Source: the human T2T-CHM13v2.0 reference genome, Homo sapiens. Taken from it: a stretch of DNA of 64,000 nt. A model generated the notes under the pieces. That model was not told the DNA's origin and made no database searches. It saw only the letters and a list, made by a program, of their open reading frames with translations. A program made the position numbers and the translations under genes. Shown piece after piece: positions 48,278 to 63,470 of the stretch. Every line of letters begins with the position of its first letter. Within the stretch, counting starts at the first letter, position 1. The stretch lies in the NCBI RefSeq assembly GCF_009914755.1, contig NC_060943.1; one strand, written 5' to 3'.

Positions 48278-48667
48278 TGATATGGTTTGGCTCTGTGTTC
48301 CCACCCAAATCTCATGTCGAATTGTAATCCCCACTGTCGGAGGATGGGCCTGGTAGGAGGTGACTGGATCATGGGGGTGGTTTCTAATGGTTTAGTACCA
48401 TCCCCCTAGTGCTGTTTTGTGATAGAGTTTTCATGAGATCCGGTTGTTTAAAAGTGTGTAACACCTCCCTCTTCTCTCTCTTCCTCCTGCTCCCACCAAG
48501 TAAGATGTGCCTGCTTCTTCTTCCACCGTAATTGTCAGTTTCCTGAGGCCTCCCCAGAAGCAGAAGCCTGTACACCCTGCAGACCTGTGAGCTGTTAAAC
48601 CTCTTTTCTTTATGAATTACCCATTCTCAGGTAGTTCTTTATAGCAATGTGAGAACAGACTAATACA
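48278..48667 (+). mobile_element. MSTA MaLR LTR
   Basis: tgatatggtttggctctgtgttcccacccaaatctcatg...gactaataca. Confidence 0.85.
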
Positions 48668-48709
48668 TGCCATCTGGTTATGATTTTCAAAAATGGAATA
48701 ATGTTAGCT

Positions 48710-49135
<426 letters not shown>

Positions 49136-50699
49136 TGAGAAATCTGTTTAGTCTACATAAATTAAATGCTTATCTTTCCTTGTCTACACCCTATTTAATT
49201 CCCTCCAGAGGCCCTGATTGATTAGTGGCCTGCCCCAGACATTGTCTTTCCTAAATGCTAGGTTTGTTTTCCAGAATTCAGCAATCTTACCTTCTAATTG
49301 CAGGTTCTATTTTTTTTTTTTCTTTTCTGAGCACGGAAGTGAGATTGCTTTATCTGTAGGTGTCAGGGTATCCTCTGTGTTTAACAAAATACGTGTTGAA
49401 TCATTGTCTCCTTGGTTTTTATGACTGAGAGTCTTATTATAAGTGAGGCCATGCCAGGTGAGACTAGGTCAGGGCAAATGCGACCTTTGATGCCTGATTC
49501 CCAGCGCAGACAACTCAGCCACCTTGTTCATGGCTCCATCCCAGTCTGCCTTGCACTCTAGTTAAAGTCTGTCTGTCCCTGTCTGTCTATCTGTCTGTCT
49601 ATCTGTCTTCCAGCCTTCCTCCTTGAGGGTGAGCTGCATTACCCCTTTGCACTGCCCACCGCCTGCCCCCCACAACCTGTCCCTTGCAGTTCCTCAGCAA
49701 GACCTTGGCTGGACAGTCTGTGCCTGAAGGCAGATGGCCCAGACACCAGTAAAGGGAGCTGGGCTTTGCCTCCGAGCCTGCCTCCAGCTAGGGCTTGGGC
49801 TTGGGCACCATCTTAGCACATCTGTAACTGGGGCTGAGCTGGCCCATGCTGTGTCCCCCTGAATCTTGGGACAAGGCACCAATGCAGGAACAGGCGTGAA
49901 GGGTGCACTCATCAGAGCCCAAGACATCACTGCAACAAGAATGCATACAGGAAGCTCTCTCTGAGGACAGGGACGGGGGACGGAGTGTGACAGGTTCCAC
50001 ACTGCGATATTCATGGCTGCCTCCGTGCCATAGGGCCCCTTGCATGATGTCAAAAGAGGAGACTTGCATCGTCTTGTTGTTTTCAAGCTAACTTTAAACA
50101 CAACTGACAGCAAGATGTCTCTGGCACGAAAGCCAACAGGGAGGCGACTGTCTCTCTGTTTCCATAGCTACAGACAGGACGCCACTGGGCAGTGCTTTCA
50201 ACTCCAGGGCATCCCAGGCTCTGCCTGAGGGATGAAGTTTCCTGGGTGCTGGGAGAACCCAGCCACAAAATGGCAGTTGCTGGTCTCAGTTTCTGCCCCA
50301 ACCACCTTCTATTTTTGGTGAGAGAGTATCATTTTTCCAGATGTCCAAGGGTGTCCATTCAGAACACACTTCTGCAGCCAGGAATCTGGGAAAGCCGGAG
50401 ATGTCTCCATAAACCTTCTGCAGGCCATGCCATCTGCTGACCTTGACACCTTCTCTGCACTGGAGGACGGCTTAGCAAAGCTGGAAAGGGGGTGTCCCCT
50501 GGGAGCCTGGCTGGCTGGCTGTCACTTGCTGAGCCAGGGACAGAAGGAGTTGACAGTACATTTTAGTATTACCTGCTTCCAATTTGGAAAAAATTTTGTG
50601 CATCTCGGTTTTTCCAGTTTCTCCTTCACCTCTGTGGACCTGTAAAATAAGGATTTGAGCACATCCCTCCAAAGCTAACTTGTAAATTTCCTGTTGCAC

Positions 50700-51061
50700 T
50701 GATATGGTTGGGCTGCTTCCCCACTCAAAATCTCATTTTGAATTGTAATCTCCATAATCCACACGTGTCAATGGCAGGACCAGGTGGAGGTAATTGGCTC
50801 ATGGGGGCAGTTTCCCCCCATGCTGTTCTCGTGATAGTGAGCGAGTCTCACGAGATCTGACAGTTTTATAAGCCTCTGATATTTCCCCTGCTTGCACTCA
50901 CTCCATCCTGCCGCCCTGTGAAGAGGTGCCTTCCACCATGATTGTAAGTTTCCTGAAGCCTACCCCGCTATGCGGAACTGGGAATTAATTAAACCTTTTT
51001 CCTTTATAAATTACCCCATCTCGGGTATTTCTTCATAGCAGGGTGAGAACGGACTAATACA
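50700..51061 (+). mobile_element. THE1 (C/D-like) MaLR solo LTR
   Basis: tgatatggttgggctg...catgctgttctcgtgatagtgag...ggactaataca. Confidence 0.85.
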
Positions 51062-51898
51062 TGCGTCTTCCCGCAGGAGAGTGGATGGCAGAGGCTTACC
51101 TTCAGGGGCCCAGGTCGGGTGCTGGACATGGGGCTGGCATTCCAGGTCTGCTGCTCTCGGATGTCCCTCTGAGGGGCACCCTGCCTGATGGGTGGGCTCC
51201 CCCTGATCTTGTCTCCTTGGATGCATCATCTGTGAGGCTTTTGTTTTCAGTCCCAGTGGAGAGATTCATACTGCCAGGCACTGTGTGGGCTCCTGTGCGT
51301 TGTGAAAATAACGCTTATTCAGGACTGCCTAGGGAAGAAAGGCCATACCTGCTGCTGTTTTTCCATCTCTGCTGTGGCCGCCCACATGGTTTACGGCACA
51401 ACTTGCCTATGCCAAAAGGGACTGAGAAAACCTGGAAACCTACCAACTACATTTGGGAGATTTTTTTTTTTTTTTTTTTAGAATGTCTGTCTCGGGCAGG
51501 CAATAACTAGTACCGAGCTTGGTGACCCTTTTGCTTTCTAGCTCTGGGGGTGCAGATCTGAGGCTCCTCCAGAATGCAGTCCCCCTAGCCTGGCTATGAC
51601 ACTACCACTGGTGTGTCCTTGATGCCACATTTCTAAGCCCATCTGATCATAAACCTCCCTGGGGCAGGGAAGTCTCAGAGTGCACTTCCTCACCTAACGG
51701 CATGCCTCCAGTGGCATCTGATAAATGCTTCTGCAGTGTTCCTGGGGAAACAGTTTTATTCATTTCAAAGTAATCCTTTCTTTCTTCTCAAAATCTCCAA
51801 ACCCAATCCTTAAAACCAAGCATTACATTTAGAATAGAATTCAAGTTTGGATTTTAAAAAATGCTTTTAAGTACGTCAGGAACTCAGAAGATACTTAA

Positions 51899-52252
<354 letters not shown>

Positions 52253-53404
52253 AGGACAGGAGTTTTGAAAATGCACTCTGGGCTCTGATTCTGGAAAGGA
52301 GATCCTGACTTCAGAGGCCCTGCTGCCCTACTCAGACTCCAGAAGGTTGAGTAAAGTTGAGCAAGCTACAGCCACTCTGCTCTGGGAAGCCAGTAGCAAG
52401 TGCTGAGCCTGGACAATTTGAACTAAGCCAGAGAGCTCTCCAAATTAGGGAGCATTTAAATAGAAGTGCTGTTTATTTAGGTCATATAGTAATTTCCTTA
52501 TTTTAATCGCTACCCCAGTTAATGACTAACAACATATAACCAAACAAGGTTAGCCCAGCCAACTTGACTGAATAGAGAGAACTATTTATAATGAGCTCAT
52601 TCGTATCTGAATGCAGATAGATGCACAGAAGGACTCCAATGTTAATAGAAGTCAAAATCCATTTACTGTACAAGGTGGGGGAGATGTTCCCCCTGCAAGC
52701 CTATTCCCACTGCCTTTGACTGACAGTAAAAAAGTAAACTTCAGCCTGGCCGTGTATGACGTGAGTGCTGAATTAGTTTGGTTCCAATTAAATAGGATTT
52801 ACTGAATTGTGACATGGACATATTCTAGAATTTTAAACTCTTTACCCCAAAAGTAAAAAGAAGAATCTCTACTATTTCTGTCAAGAGCGTCTTAGACCCC
52901 CTCCTGCAGTTCATCATCACCTTAGACAGTGTCCTTCGCCCCACCACGGGCAGGCCTGGAGAAGGAGCCCCGCCACTGGAGGATCATCCGTCTCAAGGAT
53001 ACTTGGGAACTGAAGGAGTGACCAGGAGCAGGCAGTCCAGTGGAGATCTTTTTTTTTTAATTAAGAAGCATCAAAATGAACTTGAGTTTGGCAAGACCTC
53101 AATAGAGTAGCCAAGCTGGCTCCAAGCCTGGTTTGCATGGAGGGGCTGGACTTGGCTTGGGCATGGCTCTGTCTTGGGCTCTGGGGTCAGCAAAGCCCCC
53201 TGCAGGCCTGCCCACCTCAGGCTGTGGGGAGCGCATCAGGGCCACCAAGGCAGTGAGTGGTCTGCAGCTCTAGGGATGGCGACCCATCCTAGAGAGCCAA
53301 CAGCTGCCCCCAGAGTACTCGAACCTTATTCCCTGGTTCCTGCCTTCTTCCCTCCTGGGTACTCAGCGCCTCTCTGCTCTGTTGGATTCCCCAGTGTCCT
53401 TTTA

Positions 53405-53809
<405 letters not shown>

Positions 53810-53818
53810 TCACTTTAG

Positions 53819-54157
<339 letters not shown>

Positions 54158-55093
54158 AAGAGAAACCATTCTTATACCCTGAGGAATGATGGTGAAATTT
54201 CGAAATTGTGACAGGTATATGGGGTTCAGGGATGCCCAGAACCCCCAGCAATGTTGCTTATGCAGGGGATACCCACCCAGGCATATTGACATCAGGAAAT
54301 TTCAGACAACTCAACTCAGAAGGAAACAAAGTGACCCTCCAGCTCCTTGAAAACCCAAGAGGTGACAGAAAAGGGGAAAGGAGAGAGGAGGAAAAGGCCT
54401 GGGAAGGAACATTCATCCCATAAGGTGGCCAAGGGATACCTTGGCTGGAAATGAGTCTGGACCACGTTCCCTGGTGAGGAACTTTTAGGAATCATGGAAT
54501 TGCACAGCAGGCCTTCAGATCCTGGGCCCCCATCCCTCATCTTTCGAATGGGGAGGTCGAGGCCTGGGGAGGGAAGGCATGGCCCGGAGCCCACACAGGC
54601 CCCAGAGAGCAGCTGAGGAAGGCAGGTCCGTTCCCAGGAGGAGTCTCCTGCCTGGATGGCACTCTGATCAGCACGTCACTGGCCTGTCTGTGTGTTGAAC
54701 TGACTTCAGGAAGCCTTGGGGTCACAATATTGCAGAGGCCATTACAGGGCCAGATGTTGGATGTGGAAGCAAGGCCAGGCCACGTCATACCCTGAGGTGA
54801 CTAGTCTGTGGGTGGCTAAGGGCAGTCTGGTCACAGGACTCCAATTCCCAAAATGCCATGACACCCTTCACCTTTCCTCTGCAGGGACAGTCTATTGTCT
54901 CTGCATACAGGGAACAGGCTCTGAGGGGTTAGGAGACAAGTTCAAGACCCCCTAGCTGGCACCTGGGAGAGCTGAAGCAGACCTCCTGGCCCATCCCATC
55001 ATTCCCTTCTTCCTCCCATGGGATGCAGGGAGACAGATGAGGTTTTCCCGACCTGCCAGTATAGATGGCTCCCAAACTCCTCTGTGGAACAAG

Positions 55094-55750
<657 letters not shown>

Positions 55751-57879
55751 TGAGACAGTCTCAGCTTCCCACTGTGCCACCTTCAGCCTCCAGCCCAAAG
55801 ACGGGCAGGAACCTTCACTTGCAGGAACGGCCTGAGGAAAGGGAGCCCAGAGCCAGTGGAGGCGGGGGTCTGCCTGCGTCCCAGAGCCAAGCCCCCTCCT
55901 CTTTCCTGTATCCTTGTTGCAGCAAACAGATTGGCACCTGAACCTCTCTATTAGCCCTTCTGGGGCTTAGGCTGTGGGCGCATGGGGCCATGCACTAAAA
56001 ATGTCTTTCACCTTAGTTGGGATGCAAAGAGACAAGTTTGCCACTAATCTTTCGGTGGAGACACACATATCAAAAATTGCAAGTGAGCACACAAGGCTTC
56101 CTGCAGGGAATTGCAGCCTTCCTGCTCCTCCCTCGCTGCAGAGGCTGAGCCTGACTTTCAAAAAAGGGCACGCAGCCCTTGGCAAATCTCGGAGGAAAAC
56201 TCACTGCGAGTTGGTGCCAGGGGCCTCAGGCCCCCTTTGGGAATTTCCCCCATGGCCTCTCAAAACAAGAAGGAAGTCTGAGTTAAAAATGGAAAATGGA
56301 GAGAATGTCAAAGGAATGCAGCGTTATTGATTCCTAGTGGTGTCTGCCTGAATATTAGATGCAAATAAGTGCTAATAAGTACAGTTGGGAAAGCTAATGG
56401 AAAAACCATCCTTCCCAGGAGGATCGCGGCACACAGATGCACAGTGTTGCTGAGATGGCTTGGCTCGCTCCACTCACTGGTCACGGCAAAGCCTGTATAG
56501 ATGCATCCCAGGGAAATAAAGCCTGTGTAGACTTGTCGCATGGAAGTACTCATGGTCCAGAGCCCCCTTTCCAGCTTTGAGGCTGGGCTCTGGAAATGGG
56601 AGCTCCTATTATCTCCCCATTGCAGTTAAGTCTCTCTTTCTCTCTCCGTGTGTGTGCATGTGTGTGTGTGTGTGCATGCATTTGCCCTCTGGAGTGTTCA
56701 TGGTACTGAAGAGATTCTCTTGACCATCAGGCCTCTGTGGCAAAAGTTGTGTGCTCTGTTCCAGGCCTAACTGCAGACAGGGAGCTCATGGGCAGCTGCC
56801 CAGCCAAGCTATGGTCAGGACCTTGGGTGGCAAGAGGGGCTGCAAGTGTGGGGTAAGGGGACCACAGGGACAGGGATGGGGTCATTGCACTGTGAGCTAG
56901 TCCGGCAAGTGACTTTTTGCTCACTCCACTCTCCCCTCTCTTTGTTCCTACCTTCTCTCCTGCTCTGCTCCAACAGCTTTGGGATGTAGGATGAATAAGG
57001 GTTCCACTGCCCTGTTTTTCCTGACACTTGAGTCCCTGGCCCTTGCACTCAGCTCCTCCAATCTGCACCTGACTGAGGTGGAGGAGGGTGATTTCAGACA
57101 AACACACACACACACACACACATTCCCCTCATGCGTGCAGCCAGTGGAGTGTGCCTGGGTCCCAGCGCAGCCCCAGGCCTGGGTCACTCCGAGCCTAAAG
57201 TCCTGGAAAGGGAACCCCAGAACAAAGCCTATCCCAGTTTGGAATCATCACACCTGGGCCATTCTCCAGATGCGTGGAGTCCAGCAAAATGGTGGCATTT
57301 TTGCATCTCAATTCGCTCATCTGTAATACGGGAGTGATAATGTCTACTCTGTTGCTGCAAGAATTAAAGGAAGACCATGATCTCTTTGTCATGCTTCTAT
57401 TTATCTTCTTATCTGTCCTGGTCTATTTTTGGATGCTCTGAGCTTACCTGGGGCATTAAGGAGGCCTCATGGCCCTGGGGCTGAGGGGCTCCCTGGCCGT
57501 CCCCAGGAGTGGCTCTGCTCTCCGCCTGGTGTCCCCCACTCTGGTCAGTCAAGACCCATGGGCCCAGCTCACTCCCCAATTCCATCACTCACTCTAGGTC
57601 AGCTGGTAGGAGTCAGGCCAACCAGCCAGCAGGTACCATTAGAGAGGAGAGAGTAAGGGTCTTTCACTTTATTAAAAGCTTCTCTGCTGTTGTTTGAAAA
57701 TACTGAGTGTCCCTTCAAGACTAACAGGTGACTGTGTGCACAGTTTCCTCCAGCTCCTGTGAGAAAGCAGTTGCCCCCCTTCCCAAGGCCTGCTTGTCCC
57801 CTGCAGGCTGGGGCTGCCTCTTCTTAGGAAGAACAAGGACCCGAATCCAGGGCCCCGTGTTCCTGTCCCTACTCTGTCC

Positions 57880-60250
57880 CGGTGCTGTGTGGCCGTGGGC
57901 CGGTTCCACCCTCCACGCTGTTTTCCCGAGTGTGTATGAAGAGGGTCGGTTGGCCCCGCTCTCAGGCTGGTGACCCGACACAAACTTCCAGGATGAAGTC
58001 CTGAAGGGAGCACCTGTTCGCAGGGCACTTTCAGCAGAATCTAGAGCCCCAGGGATTTGAGGATGGATGCGGACACCCGGGCCTGAGGCAGCTCTCGGCC
58101 TTGACCGAATTCCACGCGAGCTGAAGCCCAGGGATATCCCAGAATCTTCCTCAGGATCAATCTTCCGCCTTTCACCGGCCCTGCGCCCCCGCAGCATCGG
58201 GTCCTGGGCGCGCGCCCCTGCCCCGCTGTGGTCAAGGCCCGCCCCGGTGACGCCTGGTCCTTTTCCCGGGTTGGCGCCGCGTGCGACCCACCGAGGCAGT
58301 GGCAGCACTGGCCGCGGTCTGGAGCCTAGCGTCAGGCCGGAGTCCGGCTCTCCTGAACCGGGAGACCGGCGCAGCCCCAGCCACGACCGCTCCCACCCCC
58401 GCGGCCGCCGGACCGCGCCCAGCAGCGACTCTTTCTGAGAGCGCTGCCAGAGGGGCCGCGGGAGCCGCAGAGCGCGCGTGGGCGCGGCGCCCGCGAGCCC
58501 CCGGGAGGGCCGAGTGCATCGCTGGAGCGATCCCCGCCCGGCCCGGCCACCGCCGTAGCCGCCACCACGGCGGGGCGGGGCACGGGCCGGGGGCGGGGCG
58601 CCGGGCGGGCGCGGCGCTATTTCCAGCCTCGCCGGAGGCTTCGCTCTCACTTCGCTGGGAGCCTTCCCGGCGCGCAAGCCGGATCCGGCAGTGCTGCGGG
58701 GAGGAGAGAGGACGAGGCGGCGGCGGCAGCAGGAGGTGGGGGACCGATCGCGCCGGGGGCCGAAGAGGAACGCCGCCCCGCGCCCTCTCGCTCCCCGCAC
58801 GCTCCGGCTGCCGGCCCCACGCTGCTCGCCCACAGATCGCACTGGGTTCCGCTTGGAGCGGGCGGAGGCACCGGGCCCGAGCTGGGTCGGAGGTCCTCTC
58901 CGCCGCCTGCGCGCCCCAAGCAGAGGATCCGCCGCGGAGAACCGCTCCCGGACTGGAGGCGCCCGCGGCCTCGGGTGCGTCCGCTGCGCCAGGTAAGTGG
59001 CTGCGCCCCTGCCCCACCCCTGTTCCCGCCCTGCGCAGGCTCCTGGCCTGCAGAGACGCCAGGAAGGGGTCCCGAGCGGGCCCCGGACTGCACCGCTCGC
59101 CATCCCCGCCACCGCACGCGAATGGGAGTCCGAAGCTGCGGGCGGAGGTGGGCGCGCGGGGCTCGGGTCTGGTTGCACTTTGGGGACCGGCCCCGGTAGC
59201 GGGAACTTTAATTAGACTTTCTGTCCTTGGATCTCACTCGCTGCCGCGCTTCTGGGAACTGCCGTCCCTCGGGCCCTCTTGGTCCCTGCGGACTCCCGCT
59301 CCGCCTCCTGGCCCTCGGTGCTGCCCGCGGGGAGGCGGCGTCGGGCGCTGAGCAGCGAGCGCCGAGGGCCAGGCAGGAGCGCTCGGGGCGCTGGGGCTTC
59401 CTGGCGCGCTCGGAGCCGGGGCTCCGGACGGGTTGCGGCGGGCAGAGACTATGGGGGAAGTTTAAGTGGCCTTGGCTTCCTACCCAGCGGCTCCGTCGCG
59501 CGCGTCCCCGACCCGCAACTCTCCAGGGCACCGGCCTGTGAGTGCTGGAGGCGAGTGTGCGTGCGTCAGCGATGGTGTGAAGGTGTGTGCGTGCGTGTGT
59601 CGGGAGTGCGGGAGTCGGAGCCTGGGGCGGCTCCAGGGGGCGGGGAAATGATCCGTTTGGCCGCGGGACCGAGCCGAGCTCTGACGGCGGCTGCAACTCC
59701 GGCTACCGACTCTGCAGACCCGCTCTGGCCTCGCTGGAGGCCAGCCGGGCCAGGAGGGCGATCACGGGTTTTGGCAGTGCCCGATGCTGGGGCTTGGGTC
59801 TGATGTGACCCCGATTCCTTCTCCAGTGCGGGACTCCCGCCGCCCTAACTTTCGCGTACATTTTGTCTCCAGGCCCGCGACCCCGACCCGGAGTTGAAGC
59901 GGCTGCGGCGCCCTCGGCTGTGGGCGCTGCTGCCCGGCTGTCTGTTTTAACCCAGAAGTAGGCGCCGATCCTGGGGCTCTCTGTCCTGCAGTCGTCTCCG
60001 GCGTCCCAGAGGACTCTGCGTCCCTGGGCCACTCCCGCTGGCTCAGGAGCCGTGATCAGCTCCGTTAAGGGGAACGCGCGTCCCGGCCCCTCTCCATCTG
60101 CTTGGCGCGATCTGGCGCAGCAGCAGAGCACGTGGGAGAGGCGTTGGGTGCAGGGAGGTAGTAGCTGCTTTGGAGTGGATGGTGGAGAGGGGCGGGGGAC
60201 AGAGGGGTAAGAGGCAGATCAACCCCCTTTTATTTCCCACCGCCGCCCAA
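57880..60250. promoter_or_regulatory. CpG island promoter
   Basis: Very high GC and CpG density against CpG-depleted flanks; GGGGCGGGG boxes at about 58572-58598; initiator-like TCACTTC with A at 58649. Confidence 0.93.
58649..58992 (+). other. CHST8: Non-coding first exon (5' UTR) of a + strand gene, probably CHST8
   Basis: No ATG in the exon; perfect donor CAG|GTAAGT at 58992/58993; follows GC boxes and an Inr. The gene name rests on recollection of the CHST8 5' exon and a neighbouring RPL21 pseudogene, not on coding sequence. Confidence 0.6.
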
Positions 60251-61772
60251 GGCCCCCAGGAGCTACAATACCAAGCCCACTTTCCTGGGTAACCTTTCTC
60301 TTCTGAGTTCACCTTGACCCTTGCCTACCTGTGGGGAAGTCTTTCCCTAAGTCCTGCCCTAGGACAGGGCACCCGTGGAGCAGGTGTGGCAGAGCCCTTA
60401 ACATTTTCCAGCTGTCATGACCTTTCCTGCCCACCCTGTGCCCTGTCCCAAAGGCAAGGCAGACAGGCCACAGGAAGGACACTCATCCCAGCAGGAGATC
60501 CTCTTTTAATTTTAATCAGGACACCCCAAGCACAGAAGGCGGCGTGGGAGTTCATTCAGGAGCGTTCAGCAGACTGGCCTCTGTGAAGTGACCCACGGGA
60601 GGAATAACATTGGAACCCTGAAGAGAGGGACCTCTTGAGGGTCTGAATGTTGGTTCCAGTGGGACTGGCTGATCAATTATCCAATAGCATTTGAACACAG
60701 AAAAACCTCAAAGCCGGAACCTGACCCATTGCCTGGCCCAGTCGCCCTGGGACACACAAACAGTGCAGCTCATTTATTTACTTATTTATTTATTAACCTG
60801 GAATCAGACTCGGCAAGAGTGAATTATGTTTCCCGGGTATTGATTTTTAAAAAGACCCCAAATTAAAAAGTCAAGGCTTTCTTAAAGCAAGGTCAAGGAT
60901 TAATTATTTATCGAGAGGCATCCATCAGGCAGCGTGGGGGCTCATTTATAAATTGCCTGAGCAGGCAAAATGAGCATCTTTTGATTTTCCTTGGCTCCAG
61001 TTGGGAGAGGAGAGCAGGCTCGTCTGACCTCCTGGGCTTGGTAGAACATCCCCCTCAGACTGTAACCGACGACAGAGGATGCTTTGTAACTCAGCCTGCT
61101 GTTAGAGATGCCTTTTTAATCTTGTAGCCAGAATATCACTTGGGAAATTTCATGCATATTTGCTGTGTTTCCATAATGAACATTTACTGATTACAGGGTA
61201 TCCAGGGAATTTCATTTTTTAAACATTTATTCAAATCTCTGTTTATGTAAGCTAATAAGTCTGGGAAAGTTCAAAAACGACTTTTTTGCCGTATGGTTGT
61301 TGAGAAAGTGTGTCTGGTGGGCTACTCTCAGAATTTGCCTTCAGTTCTCTTAAAAAGGGGAGAGTCAGATTTGCCTGATTGGAAACCTCGCGCAGGCTGC
61401 TCCCCTGCTCTGAGCTCTGAGTTCCTGCCAGAGGCAGCCTGATAGGCTTTTTGTGGTTTTGCTGATGGAAGAGAGGAAGGGGAGCTTTGATCATTGCTGA
61501 TGCGTCTGGCTGGAGAAATTTTTAGTGAGTGCGGCTGTGCTTGTAGGGGCTGATGGGGAAGGTGTGGCCCAAGCTGAGGTCCCTGGCTGATGTCCCCATC
61601 TCCTGCCTGCTGCCTGGCCTGGAATCTGAGATCCCTGTCTTAGCTACATCTGCTGCTTTGCAGCTTGGAAAAACCTCCCTCCCTGATTTACTGGTGCGTG
61701 GCAGCCACACTGGAGAAACATGGGGCAGCGGGGAACCTGTGAGCAGGAAAGAGGACTCAGGATTATGGCAGC

Positions 61773-62073
<301 letters not shown>

Positions 62074-62275
62074 GCATGGCTGCTCTTTAGTGAGCAACCG
62101 TGGCAATTAGAGCCGATAAACACCATGTGGAATGAGTGGCCAGCCTTTCAGCTAACCAGAAGGTGACGAGTTATAAACTGGAGATTTATATAGTGCTGGC
62201 CCAAGGAGATCAATGTGACCCAGCAGTGGCACAGCAAAAAATGAAATAAATAAGTAAATATGTTTTTAAAAGATC

Positions 62276-62562
<287 letters not shown>

Positions 62563-63129
62563 ATTTTTTTTTTTAAATTGAGGTTGGTGCCTGGATGTAG
62601 ATATGGCATCAGTGTCCTGCAACCTCAGAAAGTTGGCTGGGCATGAGCAATCTGCATGGTGACAGCGTGGTGACAGTAGGCTGTTTGGTGCTGTCTTTGG
62701 CGCCATATTCAGGGCTCATCTGACTCCAGAGCGGCTGTGTTCCCTCCAGAGGAAACCCATGGACCCAGACAACCCAGGGACAGAGCTGCATTAGCTCAGG
62801 TGCCAGAGGATGCGGCAGACGCCATCTCATTTCTTATCAGCTGGAGGATGTGTGACCCTGTGGTCAGTAAATCAGCATGGCGGATCGTGAGGCTTACAAA
62901 TTGGTCATGGAAAAAAGTTGTGACTTTTACCCTGTACAAAACTACCTGTCATTTGTGATGTGGTGTTCTAGCCTGCACTGGCTGGATTCATTCCCGGACC
63001 CTTAGAAACTCAGCAATGCAGCCTGGGCCACCGAGAGACTGGGGAAGCCTCCGTGCAGGTGGGTTGACACCAAGAAGCAGCCCTGGCCCCATTGCCAAAG
63101 CCACCTTTTAGGAAGTCAGAGAGTATCTG

Positions 63130-63470
63130 TGCAATAATTTGGATGTTTGTCCCCTGTGAATCTTACCTTGAAATGTGATCCCCAGTGTTAGAGGTGGGGC
63201 CTGGTGGGAGGTAGGTCATGGGGGTGGCCCCTTTATGAATAGATTAATGCTATTGTGAGGCAGGGAGTGAGTTCTTGCTCTATTAGTTCCCACAAGAGCT
63301 GGTTGTTAAAAAGAGCCTAGCACCTACCCCCTACCTCTGTGATCTCGGCACACACCGGCTCCTCTTCTCCTTCCATTTTAAGTGGAAGGGCACGAGGCCC
63401 TCACCAGATGCAAATGCAGGTGCCATGCTTCTTGTACAGGCTGCAGAATTGTGAGCCAAATAAGCCGCTT
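63130..63470 (+). mobile_element. MSTB-like MaLR LTR interrupted by Alus
   Basis: tttggatgtttgtcccc...gaaatgtgatccccagtgttagaggtggggcctggtgggagg. Confidence 0.78.

Noticed and set aside
57721-59351. Long ORFs over the CpG island (485 aa minus, 356 aa plus, 261 aa minus)
   Set aside because: Arg/Gly/Pro/Ala-rich frames are expected from stop-codon scarcity in very GC-rich DNA; no recognisable domain; the plus-strand frame runs through a splice donor
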